Source of the DNA: Podarcis pityusensis
Taxonomy: Eukaryota
Assembly: GCA_964106645.2 (NCBI GenBank)
Contig: OZ067043.1
DNA: 64,000 bases
Reading direction: 5' to 3' (one strand)
Of the stretch, positions 13,203 through 26,432 are shown one piece after another. Both the position numbers and the translations under genes were made by a program. The notes under the pieces are model-generated. The model searched no databases and was not told the DNA's origin. It saw nothing but the letters and a program-made list of their open reading frames with translations. Numbering within the stretch: the first letter of the stretch is position 1; every line of letters starts with the position of its first letter.

Positions 13203-16200
13203 TGGGCAATACAAATACAATCAAATCAAAAATATCACAGATTTTCATACATTAGTAAGAAGTTACTGTACACTTGAACAGTTGCCATTTTATACAGCTA
13301 ACAAAGCTTTACCTTTAATAAAATGTATTTTCCTCTCACATAAAATATACACTTTTCACTGACGTATTTTACATCATACACCTCTCTGGGATAAGAAACA
13401 TTTCACAAACAATGCACAACAGAGGCCATCTTCTCTAAACCCATACAAAATATTACATTGAAGCGAGAAACACTGTAATATCCTACTATAGGCTGCCGCC
13501 CTCAAAGTCATATTCTGTTGCTACTTAAAATACTACATGCATCATAAAATGCTGTACATTGATTGAAGATTGGACACATCAGATTTGCTCAGCACTCTGC
13601 ATTGTACTTTAGAATGTCAAGCTTCTAGCTAGATCAGTGGCACACTTGCATCTTTCTTTGTGTCCAAATATGTGCAATTCAGATAATGGCCCACATTTTA
13701 AATACTATGTTTTGGCAGCACAACACCAAGAGTTGTTATTTGGTATCTCGGTGTGCCTTGAAGGCATGCAGTTCTGTAAAAGTTGAAGGCTGATTTTTGT
13801 TTGCAGACATTAACCCCAATTCAGAGATTGCTCTATGTAGACATGTGAGGGGCCCTTGCGCATGGAGACACCTTTATGCACACCACAAACCCACAATGGA
13901 GCCCAGTGATGGAGGGCAGGAATGGCAGACATAAGAGACCTGCCCTCTGTACAGATAGCTCATTGCTGGATAGCATCACATTTGAGCAAAGGAAGCATCA
14001 TCCAAGGATGAGGAAGCAGGTGCGCTAGGTCTTATGCACATGCTTAAGTGCATGTACACCCCCAGCACTCCTCACAGTATTATGAGAATGCACCTTCTCA
14101 TTTGTTTCTTGATGTGGATGAAAACACCTGTATCCAGGGTCTGTAAAGCTACATGCAGATTTCCATACTTGGCACGAGCCACATGCAAAGCCTAATTGCG
14201 CACAAGAATCTCTGGCTCAGGGCCACATGTGCCCATTTTACTGAAAACTACCTTGTGGTAATAGAAAAGTTAGTGTTAATCTTAAAACGTGTCCTTTGCA
14301 AAATGTATAAATCTGAACCAGGAGTCAATGGTTGCATGCTGCGGGAGGGAAAATACAGCCTTTATGGTGCCATGTTATAGATTCTGCAGTAGTCTCATGG
14401 TTTCCCTTCCTATCCATATAATAGAGAGGAGGGGTGGGTGGGAAATGTTCTCCCAGAAAACATTCTAGCCATGCTGCAACCCAAAGAACAATAGTAGCAA
14501 GCCTCTTTATACTGCAAGGTTTCTTCTATGCTTTTGATAGGAAACTACCAACAGATTTGGTTTTTCCCCCCATCAAGTGTCATCCTATTTAAAGAGCAGG
14601 CGACAGGAGAAAGTCCCTTGAATCCTGCATGGTGATGCTAGGATCTGGGCAAACCCCATGTTAAATTCAATGGGACTTGAATTCCAAGTAAGTGTTTATG
14701 AGAACGAAGCCTTAGATTCAGGACAATTTGTGATGGCAGTAGACTTGATTGACTGTGAGTTTCCTCCAGCCATGCATAATGTGCATTGGGAGCAGATTTG
14801 AATAGCAAAAATAGTATGCAAGTGAAGAGAGCTAAGCCTCCCTCCTCCCATAGCTTACCTAGTACCGATCTGTTGCCTGAATACTTTTTCCATGTTAGTC
14901 AGACTCTGATGCAGTGAATGAGTCTAGCCGGGACAAAACACCTGGAGAGGTAATGAATAGTGGGGAGGTAAAATGCAAGAAGAGGAGGGTTCAGCTCTCT
15001 CCTATGTGCTCTTTCTGCATTCTGGTTGGGCCCACAGTTCTCTGTAGGTTAGTTCCAGCATTAAACCAACAGACTTGCCAGCATGGTGGATACTTTGAAT
15101 CTCAGAGACTCAATGAACCTCAGGTCAAACTGCATCAATAGAATCGTCTCTCTCAGAGTTTATCCTCTTCAGTTAACCAGAATAATTCCCCCCCTGCTAA
15201 ATATGAAAGGAGATTTTCGTCCTATGCATTGTATGATAGAGTAAGGAATGATACGTGGATATTAACCAAGAGTTTTGGAAATCTTTTGCAATTACACTAA
15301 GCACCTGTTTAGTTTTAGGGGATTAACCCCTCCCAATTGCACATATTAAGAAGTATCAATTTAAATGGACAGCTCAATATGCACAGTAGCTTTGTTTCCA
15401 TAAGATGTTTTGCATTTTGCATTTCTCTTGTAAAGAACCAGCTTTCTAGAGACTTAAGTCCTTGACAACAATGATATAGCTCTGTTGATTTTTAAGTCCT
15501 TTGTGTTCAGTGAAAACGCAGCATTGAAATCACCATTTAGGAACATTTTTGTATTTCTACAGTTTCCCACAATACTGAACAGAAGTTGCAGAACCACAGA
15601 ACCTTCTAAACTTGGACTAATACCAGAGTAGTGAATATTTGCCTGTATATTTGCCAGAATATTTGTTAGATTGAGGTAACGGTTTCAGCAAGTGTTAACC
15701 TACGTTCAAATATCAAGACTCCTTTCTGACCTCCTTTCTTATTTTGCAGAGTTTCTTTCTTATCTTGCTGTCAAACTGACTTCATATAGTAATATCCTAG
15801 GCATCCTAATCCCATTCCCAGGAAGAAATTCCCGTACTAAGATTTCTTCATTTTACCTGAAGTTACATTTGGAACCCCAGACCGTTGGCATTCAGAAAAT
15901 CTTACTACATCTAAATAAGGCATCTATTTATATTTTCTTTACTATGCTCCAAATAAAAGGTTTCCATTACGTCAAGAGGATATATCAAGAGAAGAAGTAA
16001 AAAGGAGAAATATGTATCTCTTGCTTAGAAGCTGACTAGAATGAAGGTCAAAGAAAAAGGCAGTGCCTAATGGATTAGAACACTAAAGACTAATGTGAAC
16101 ATTGCCCATCACTAAACAAAAGTGTCTGTTGTCTGATGGGAGCAGAAAGGGAGCAGATGGGAGCATGTATGAATAAGGAATGCCCCAACATAGAAGATAC

Positions 16201-19200
16201 AAGATGCTCTTTTACCTCCTGATCTCCAGCATCAGCCATCAATGCCATGGGATTTCTTTTTAGAAAGAAACAGTTAACTTACTCCAGATTCAACATAGTG
16301 GCTTTGTTCAACTGTGAAGAATATAACTCGTAAACAATGTGAGTAAATAAATGTAGTGTATGAAAGAGCACTGACCCGGGTGGATTTTTTAATTTTTTTT
16401 GTGGGTGTCAGTGTTAATTTGAGTCCATCAAGTCAAATTTCAGAAGGATGTAGAGAACAGTCCTTCCATGTTGGCGATTGATATTTTAATTGTTATCTGA
16501 TGCCATTGGGCCCATCCTTATCACATACATTTCCCCTGCCTGTGCTGCTTTCACCTGTCATGGTTGGGAAATGTCCTTCACATATCATTTGGCTGGTTCT
16601 TGACCAGAAGAAACCGTGTGCACGCTTGTGTGTATTTACAATTATTTGTGTCTTTCAATCAATGTAGTTTAATTTTGCCAGATACATCATTTCTAGCCAT
16701 CTATCCAGCACTTGTTATTTAGAAGAATATAACTAACTGAAGACACATTGCTTTGAAAAAGTCCTTTTCTCCCCGCTACCACCACCGCATCGCAAAATAT
16801 ATTAGGTGCAATGCAGTACTTAGACTGCTCTTCCTTATTGTGAAAATGAATAAAGAAAGAGAATCAATGTTTGCCATGCGCCATTGGGACACTGAAGTGA
16901 ATGGAAACGGATCGATTCTCTTCTGATTCTTACCAAATCAGCCCCATGTGAACCAAAAGATTAGAACAGAATGAGGTCCAGAGTACTAACCCAAAGTTAA
17001 TATCACCTTCTGTGCACATAAGCCAGACTATGTGAGTATTCTTGACTCCCAGCCGAGTGTCAGGGATTCTCTGCCAATGAAATATTTGCTATGCAAATAT
17101 GTACACTGTCTCTTGGGTGGAAAGATGAAGACATGGCATTATATGACCAAGTCCATGCGGATAGAAAAATAACCGAACCTGCTTTTCCCACTGAAAGTGC
17201 AGCGTTCTATATACACTATATACAGATCTACAGAATACAACATTGGCCAGAGTGCCCAGCATGCCTCAGTTATATGTGCCATAATTTCATAAAGCAAAAT
17301 TTCCATCGGTTTGCTCCTTCTATTGCCTCCTGTCCCCAGAGAAAGGATATTCAACTTTCATTCACTCTGTTCTATTTTGTTTTGTGATTTGATGTAATAA
17401 AATGAAACCTTATTTCCATTATGGGTCATTATTTCTTCGCCAAGACACATCAGTTCTGACAAGTTTCAAAAAGAAATCTTTCTTGATATACCTAAGTGAA
17501 GAAAGCCAAGTTTCTGTGATTTTTTATTTTTTAAAATTGTTGGCTTTTTGCAAAGGCAAAGGGGAGAGAGATAAAGAGTGGTTGAGGCAAAGACTGGAAA
17601 TTATTTTATTTAAAAAGGGAAAGGGAAAAACCTTGTAGGATAGCATTTTAAGCATGCTGTTTCTCGGCAGTGACTTCAGGCCAGGAGTTTTGGGCAGAGG
17701 TTCTGTACCCCATTGAGAATAATCATCAGGAGAGCCCTCTAAGGTGGCAGGGTTGGTTCCCCATATTTTGAAGTTTAAGTGAAGTGCACAGATTACCATC
17801 TGAAAGAGGGAGCATCCATAAGACCGTTAAGTCCAGATGGTCGAATCCAGCTATGTCATCGCATGAACACAACAACGTCCTATTGTGCAATGGAACATCT
17901 TCTCCCTCTCCTTCCCGCATGTGTTCCCTGCCCGCTTCCAAATATGCTTCAGAGGGTTGGAGAGACCCAGAGTAGATTTGGTGCACATGTGGAAGTTGTT
18001 CTGCTCACACAACGACATCATTAGATACACTCCAGTGTTTAAAATTACGTAATTGCCCTAATGACAATTTCTTACATATTTAAAAAAATATGTAGATCTT
18101 TTAAATGCCAGTTCTTAAATTTGGGACCTTGTTGTACGAAGATAAGGAACTTTTTAATATGAAAAAGAATTTCTTTAAGTATGGCAGTGAGCACCACTAA
18201 GAAATCTATCCATTAGATGTGAGCTTTAGAAATGCTTCAAGGTTCGTTTACCCTGCATAAACTGTACATCTACTGAAGCAACGGAGAAGTGCTCAAGAGA
18301 ATCGCTGATGGCATTACACCATCATTGGGTTCACCATTATATCTTTGCCCAAAGTGATTATCATATTGTACAACATAAATAATTGTCTATTCGGTGCAGA
18401 AAAGCAAACTATAATACAAATGTTTGCTTTAAGTGTCAATTGTTGACATGGTTTTTTATGCTTGAAAGTGAGAATGAAAAATGTTAGTCTCCCTTCATTC
18501 TCCTTAATGCTTTTTGACCTTATTTTGCTCTTAAGTAGCTTTTGCCATCAAAAGCTATTTGTGCAGAATGATTTCCCAAATGCGAGAGAAGCCCTACTGT
18601 GTAATACTTGCCAAATCTCACAGTGTGCAACATTACATTACAGGCAGGTTTCACTACTCACTGATTCCATTTTGCAGTCCAGCTAAAACCATCCCATAAT
18701 TAAATAGCAAAGCCCATGCAGTGTAAAGGGCAAATGCTTTAAACGTGTCAATAGAAATGCTCTATATGTTTATGACTCAACTTACTTTACAGCAAAGTCA
18801 GCATAAAAATCGAACACATCTGTTTTGTTAACAATGATGACTTGAGCTAATGATTTATAAGTTAAGCATTAAAATGCACTGAAGTGTGGAAATCACTGTA
18901 CAAAGCTTGCAAGCACACAGAGCCATCACTGTAGACTGACATTTACATTAGCTTTACCATCAGGGCAAAGTTAACACTTTATGTTTTGCAGCCTAAGTCT
19001 AAAAACGTTTCTTTGGAAGTAAGTCCTATTGATTTCAATCAGGTTTATTTCCGGGTTAAGCAAGCTTAGAATTTCAGCAAAATGTGCCATCGATCTTCAG
19101 CATATGCTTCAAGATTACCTAAGGCGTAACCCGTTACACCTTTTAACCACCAGGATGTGCTTACTATCAGAGTGTTTAAAAAGAGTGGATTTCTTCCATG

Positions 19201-19516
19201 TCCTTCTGCATGCTTATGAATGAAGCAGGGCTTCTAGTTCAGTGACTGTGTAATTAGAGGATAACAATTATTGCAGGTTCTTTTCTGCTGAATGCACGGT
19301 TGTGGATATGCATATATAGTGCTTGTGCCTAGAATGCATTCTAGACATCAATAGCTTTGAATTCTAAGACTCCAAGAAGAGTCTTGGACTGGTAAAAAAC
19401 CTGGAGTTTCTTTTTATTAATACACTCACAATTTATCAGACATACAATGTGTATCTAGGCTAAAATAAACCATGCTATTGCAGAATTTGGGCTTTTTCTG
19501 TACGTCAAGACTTCTA

Positions 19517-19940
19517 CATAAGAAGCGACCTTATGCTGGTCAGTTAATTCTTCTTTTCTAGGTCAGTATTGCCTATTCCAAGGGACAGCAGTCAGGCCAT
19601 TTCATGGCATCTGCCATTGCGGGCTGCCACCCATTGTGACTGGTGGGATGGAAAGCAGAGAACTCAAAAGCAGGTCGAGCCAATGAGAGGCAGGCGACTT
19701 ACGCTAGTTTAGCTCCCATCTCCTTCCTCCTTTCTGAGTTCTACAATGGCAGAAGGCAGGTTAGAGTTTGCATGTGCTGACTGAGGTTGTTGGGGCCCCT
19801 CCCCATTTGCCCTAATGGACCACCCACTGCTGGTCTGCTACTGGATCCTTTTGACTGGTGATGCCAGGGATTGAAGCTGAGACCTTCCACATACAAAGCA
19901 AATGCTTACATTCTTGACCACTGAAATATGGTCCTCCCCC
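19517..19940 (-). mobile_element. tRNA-derived SINE with an internal ~210-bp insertion (~19615-19830)
   Basis: Head GATGCCAGGGATTGAAGCTGAGACCTTCCACATACAAAGC at 19860-19900; tail CATAAGAAGCGACCTTATGCTG at ~19517-19540. Confidence 0.65.
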
Positions 19941-21313
19941 ATTCCTAGAGAACCCCAGTCACACAAGATTTTTTTAGTTGGGCTATTTCTCCTAGTAGTT
20001 GCTCAGTCGTCCGCATTACATATTGTAAAAAAACAAACTTGATAGTCTTTTTTTCTGGTTAGGGGTTTGAAGATTTTGGTGAGGCAACAAAGGCTACTCT
20101 GTCCGAAGGAGGAAACATCAATAACAGCTCGTTTTATAAATTAATCCTAATAATAAAGTGCAGTTCACAATGAAAGCAAGCTATTATTTCCCCTCACACA
20201 TAGTATATTACAGTGTAAGATCCAGAAATACCATGTTCTGCAGGGTAGATAATAAGCAGAGTCAACTGGGGAGCTATTGAGGTCCATTGGGTAGAGCAAG
20301 GGACCTGCATCAAGAGCAACTGGGCCTCAGCAGGAGTGGCTCAGGATGGAGCTGCAGTGTTAGTCTCTAGGCAGCAGTATTGCTGTCACTCACCAGGAAG
20401 GGCCAGGTGGCCATGAGGTTGGGATTATGTGGATTTAGGCAAATCACAATGTTCTTTCGTTTAGTCATCCATCAGTTAAATAGCAATAATGATGACCATT
20501 CATGCAATGCATTTTGAAAATTAGATGTGCTAGAATAGCGGAAGTAATTTACCCAGGAAGGTAAAAACAAGAATCCTCTTGTCTATCTAATGGGAGAAGG
20601 GTATCGTTTTCTAATCCTCAACTTGTTACTCTTTTAGACTACAAGAAGGATTGGGGTGAGTTTTTTAAAATGTATTTTATCAAATTTAGAACCAAAGAGA
20701 TCATCCACAGACATCATGGATGATATTGTAGAAGTGGTTTTACATGGAGAAGCTCCATCTTTAAATGTAGGGAAAATTGGGGTCCACCATTTTTTAATGG
20801 AATGCTGTTTCTCCCTCACTGGAAATGCTGGGTCTACTGTATGAGTGCTCTGCATTTCTTGCCCAAAATCTTTGCCCTACACAGCACTGTCACTTTTAGT
20901 ATAGGTGTTACTGAAAGGAGGCCTGATCATCACAAGAATTAGAACTTAATAGGATTGTTCATTTGGTACAGTTTCTTTTAAAAAGCGCCATTGACCGAAA
21001 CAATGAAGGCAACATGGACTGGACAAAAGTAGCATGTGAAATATGAAGATATGTAAATGTTATAGCTGCTGGGTTCAGAAAAGATAACTGGAAGTTAATA
21101 GTTGATTGGTTTGAAGCAGTGGACAATGATGTCCCCATTGACAATAAATGAAAGCCACATGAGAGCTAAGCTGTTCTCTCTGAGTGATGAGGGTCATTGT
21201 GGCTAATGCCGATTTTATGTTGTCATCAATGTAAATGCTTTAGCATTATCTTACTTTAACTCCTATGGTTGTAAAATTTACAAAATAGCAAATCCAACCA
21301 AGGAACCCCCCCC

Positions 21314-21315
<2 letters not shown>

Positions 21316-21352
<37 letters not shown>
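21316..21352. repeat. (AT)n microsatellite
   Basis: Direct reading. Confidence 0.97.
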
Positions 21353-21354
<2 letters not shown>

Positions 21355-21356
<2 letters not shown>

Positions 21357-21495
21357 GGCAGAATGGTTTAGTAGATACTCTTTTAGATGTGGACCTATGA
21401 ATCTAAAGTTCAAAGCCCAGATCAGTCTTGGACTGACTGGCTGGACTATATTTTCTATGTCTCAACCTTTTTGCACCATCTGTAAAACAGGATCA
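21355..21495 (+). mobile_element. Ancient MIR/CORE-SINE-like remnant
   Basis: AGGCAGAATGGTTTAGT...GTTCAAAGCCCAG...GTCTCAACC...CATCTGTAAAACAGG resembles the CORE domain. Confidence 0.45.
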
Positions 21496-21780
21496 TTTTC
21501 ATTAGTGAGAAAGTTGTCTCTCAGTGAAACATACTAGATCTCAGTGAGATGTTCCTTTCATTGAGAAGGTTAAACTAGAATGTCCAAGTACAAGGAACTT
21601 TTTATGGGGGGGGGAGAAATATAATCATGTGATTTATCCCATCTTTATTCTGGAGTGGTACTGTCCAGGAATCAATTTTACCATGTCTTGAGCTGATTGT
21701 CTGTGTGTCTATTAGGTAGTGAAGTTCTAGATTGACTTTAGGCTTAAGTAGAATTGCCACCATAAGATTGTGAGTGAGTG

Positions 21781-21819
<39 letters not shown>

Positions 21820-21826
21820 TGTGTGT
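21781..21826. repeat. Compound (CT)n(GT)n microsatellite
   Basis: Direct reading. Confidence 0.97.
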
Positions 21827-22935
21827 TCGTTCACTACTGACCATGCGGAAGGGTGCTCAGCATGCTCACCAAAGGGTTTATAACGTAGACATGCGCTAGA
21901 ACAGGAGAGCCCCATTATAGTGTGCATGTGATTGTACTAGCCCATTGCAGTTCTGTGCTGGGGAAATCCAAGAGCATTTCAGCTGTTGAGCTGAAGGAGT
22001 GAATGGGGGCAGCTGTAATCCAGTACTACCACTTCTAGGCTGTCACAATTTTGCAGGAACGATTCAGTTATATACCACCTAATTTAGGTTGCACAATTAA
22101 AGTAGATCTGTGCTCTTGTGCAACAAGCCCACTTCCAAAAAGAAAGAAAGGATATTTATTGATGGCATGATACAGAAAGTGAAGGGAGAATGCACTGGAA
22201 AGTGTGTGTTAATAGCAATGTCTGGGGAAGTTCCATGTAATCCAGTCAGAATGAATGCACAATAAATAGTGACCCAGGCCAACCAGCAACATGTCTACAA
22301 CCCCCTCCCCCATTCTCAGTGAACAGGTTCTCTGGAAGAAGCCCCAGGAAAATATTTAGTAGAAACCTCTTCCTTCACATCATCACAGTATCCTGTACAA
22401 TTTGATATCTTTTTTCCCTTTGCCCACTCAGTGAAGAATTAATTTTTTCTGTCAATTTCATCTACACTTGGTTCATTTTTACTGACAAAAGATATACCAG
22501 AACGACAAGTAATTAAGCTTGACGTACTCCAGAAGTAAAGCAAAAGTTCATAATTAAGGGTAAGCACCCTTGAAATAATCAGAAAGTGTCATTATTTGGA
22601 CATTAGTCTCAAAATTAGTAATGTGAAACTTGCTATTCACAGAGAGGCATCAACACTGCATTATCACTGGCTAGTACATATCTTTCCTTTCTGGAAGTTA
22701 CTGAGCCAGATCATTAGAAGGTGTAAATTAGCTGGGCTCCATTGCCTTACATTAAGCCAGTGGAGTTACATTGTCTGAGGCTCAGAAGAGACATGGAATA
22801 TGAAACTTCCTATGCTTTAATGATGCAGACAGGGACGCAATGTCCACTTCTCTTACAGGGTTGCAAAACAAAGATTCGTTGGAAATGAAGACCAGGAACT
22901 GTAGAAACACTGCAGAGGCAGGTTTGCTGAACGTT

Positions 22936-23104
22936 GACTCTGTGCACACCATACATGTAAAGCACATGGACCCCTCCACAAAGAATCTTGGGAATTGTAC
23001 TTTACCCCTAAAAAGCCATAATGCTAAGCACCCTGAACAAACTACAGTTCCCAAGAGTCTTTCAGGGAAGTCATGTGCTTTAAATGCATGATATGTATAC
23101 AGGC
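22936..23104. mobile_element. Palindromic MITE, PIF/Harbinger-like
   Basis: Inverted arms CATACATGTAAAGCACATG / CATGTGCTTTAAATGCATG and TCTTGGGAATTGTA / TACAGTTCCCAAGA. Confidence 0.7.
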
Positions 23105-26100
23105 ATTGTCTACTAAGATGATACTGGACTTTATACTTCCAAATGGATGGCTGCCACAGTGCAGCCAACTGTATTAGTCAGGGGGTTATGGGATGTCCCA
23201 TTTGTAGTTACAGAGTAGTACAGGCAACGCAAGGTGCCCTTTAACAGTTTTTGTTTGTTTATTTAGCACTGTTATTATTGCACGTTTGAGGGGGTAGTGG
23301 GGCTTGAGCAACAAATATGAGAATATTGCAAGTAGACTTAAAATCGATGCTCTTCTTAAAAGTAGTGTACATCCTCACAGGACTTCTGCAGTCAGTGTGT
23401 TTTAGAAGATGTCACTGTGCCTCAAATTTCCTCCACTATTAAGTTTTACCAGGAAAGATGAGAAGGGCGCCCAGAGTTATTTTCTTGCATTGGCCCAACC
23501 TAGGACAGCCTTTGTGATTGGTTACATTTGTTCTTTGAGCTAACTTGACACTGGAACATTAACAGTGTAGGTGAAACAGGAGTGATGAAACACTTATGTA
23601 TGTACAGAAATGCTCTAGTGTTCAGAACATGCAACTCTTTTCCCATTACATTTCAATATGCTGTTCAAATATGTGTCTTTTTCATCTTGTTTATGATTAT
23701 AGACACAATCCTGAAGCTGTGAATGCAAGGAGGACCATGAAATCTCTCGCACCACTGTTTTTAACCTGAGTGAGAAACCTTTTGTGGGTGTATTATGAGC
23801 CCAGTCAGGGAAGGAACTTGTGGGGATATTTATACTAAAAGCAATTAGGACTGGGGACGGAACTGTAATGAGGATCTTTGGAGTGGAGAACTGGCAAGAG
23901 GAGTTTTCAGGGCATAGCTTAGAGATCAGTGACAGGTAAGTCATAAGGCAAGAGGCAAGAGACTGTCAGCTATTTGGACAACAAACTCTAGGGAGTATGG
24001 ATGTCTGAGTAGTGAACAGTAAACCCACAAGAAAACCAGAAAAATGGAAAATTCATAGGATCTGCTTCCTAGAATAGCCAGTCCTCCCTTATCTCCTCGA
24101 AGCTCAATTGAGTTGGAAAGAATTGCTTCATATTTTTCTCCAGTCTTCAGTTGGGGAAGCATTTGTGGTGCAGGCCAAGCAGGTTGGCAGAGAGTCATAG
24201 TGAAGAGGGAGGGTTTGTATTTGGTCTGCGGGAAGCCATCAGGTCCAGATACTTGTCTTCCCAAAAGCCCCCAAATGCCTCAAAGGTTGTAGAGAATCAG
24301 GGGGAGAAATAACTGAGGAGATTTTTTTTGAACCCCCCCAGAAACACAAAGCACATTCATTCCTCAAAAGTTCTAGATTCTGAAGCCTCATTTTAATCAC
24401 AAGTTGATTTAAATGCCATGGCTGACCCAAAGTACTGTGGAAACTACAGTTTGGTTTGTGCAGGTACTTAAAATTCTTTGTTTGAGAGTTCTTGTTTCTT
24501 CCAAGAAGTGCAGCTACACTGAGAAGAAGTCAGCCTGATGGAAGCTGGTTCAAATTTGTCATATTGGTAGCCTTGAGATGACTCCATAACAGTGCAGAAG
24601 CCACAAAAGATCGGCTTCCCACGCACACAATAACTTGCAGGATCAAGTTTTATATTCAGTACTTTGCTTTGGGTGAACGTTAGACAGATTTGCAATGCAA
24701 GAAGGTCAGAGGATCTGTATATGTGAACACGTGGCTCCTCCAGCATGCATGGTTACAGACAAAAATTTAGTACTGAATATTACTACAGTGAGATAGAAAT
24801 TACTATAGAGAGGCAGTTTTATCTGTTTCTGAGATTCATTGTTCATTACAAAGAACCACAATAAAAACAGCTCCACCACAAGCACACAACAGCATTGATT
24901 CACAGTTCCTGATAAATCATCTGAGAAGACCCCATCAATTACTTGTTCTGAAATGTCTTAATTTTTTTCCCTGAGCTATATTTAGCTCAGAAATATATTG
25001 TTATCAATCAGTTTGTGTTGTCACAGTGGCCTTTTAATTCTAAGCTGCATCGTGCAGGAATTATTTATTGTTTTAATATGTCTCATCATACGATAATGCA
25101 CTAAACCTTCTGTACAGGACCACTAATGAAAATATATCTATGAAATGAGGAACAGATGGCGCACCACCAAAACGAGCCCCCCCCCCCCCACAGCAATGCT
25201 TTTTTTTTTTTTTTTGGCTGCTCATCAAAATCCCAGAATATTAATGCAGTAATTAAAATATAAGCTTGAGGTATTAACACTAAGGGCATTTCATAAGCAA
25301 TATTTCCTGCTTCTGTCTTAGTCTCCCTACATCTGCAGCAGACTTGGAAGAAGGGAAAACACAATATATCTTAAACACACATCATTTCTGGCAGCAACTA
25401 CAATCAATTCAAAACACCAGCGCCTCCGCAATCCAGCTCAGTAACTGAGGGCTCAGTGCAATACAAAGCATATCCAGATTCCGGGCTGCAGCAGCCACTA
25501 TGAAATCATTAGCAACAAAACCTTCACAAAGGATTTTGCAGTGTAAAAACCTAGGTAAGCTTCCCAGCGACTCGAAAGGAAAGGCTAAGTCCGAACTTGA
25601 ACTGAAGGCAGCTGTATGAAGAAAGGCACATCCCCAGTTTGCTGTGTTAATACAGTTTAATTGATCATCCTGAATTTGTAATGAGAAGCAATCCATCTTA
25701 TAACTGTTGATCTAACTGTGCTGTACAAACACGGAAAGTCAATCAGTCCACTGGGTGTGTAATATGAATGTCAATCCTAAGAAGCTCCATTCGTTTGGGT
25801 GCTTGGCAGGATGAGGGTGTGTGTGTGTGTGGAATTAACATAATCTGTACAGAGATTTTTCCTTGGTGAAACAATGAAGCTCAAATCCTGCCTGTGAGTT
25901 GGTAAAGCAGACATAGATGAGGGAAGGAGCTTTAATGTCTCTCTGTTGCAGGGAAGTGGGATGAGCCAACAGATGCCATGGGCTTTGTAAAAGATATTGC
26001 TGCTTTCAGCACCAGAAAATGCAGTGATCTCTACTGTATGTAACTTGATCCTAAGCTTATTTACTCAGGTGTAAGTCCCACCAAGTTCAGTGGGACTTAC

Positions 26101-26339
26101 TCTCAGGTAAGCGGGCACAGGATTGAAACCAGCAGGTTGCGGAAACTATGAGAGAAAAGATGTTCACAGCAGAGGGTGATGCACTACTTGTTACAGACTT
26201 CACTGAGAAACTCAAGGACTTTAAATCCTATCAACGGGGTAGTAACTTTCTAAGTGGATGATGACACGGGCTATCTAAAGAAGCCACAATAACAGTGTGA
26301 GACTTTAAGTCCTTCCAAACATCCTTTTTATTCACATTC

Positions 26340-26432
26340 ATTCTCATTTGTGCACTCTGTTACTTCCGGGTCGCCACAGAGCGCAACCCAAAAATGCTTA
26401 ACTTGAAGCTACTTCAACCCGAGGTATGACTG
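26340..26432. mobile_element. Truncated Tigger-like MITE end
   Basis: Ends ...CAACCCGAGGTATGACTG, one TIR related to the 49070 family; the other end is missing. Confidence 0.65.
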
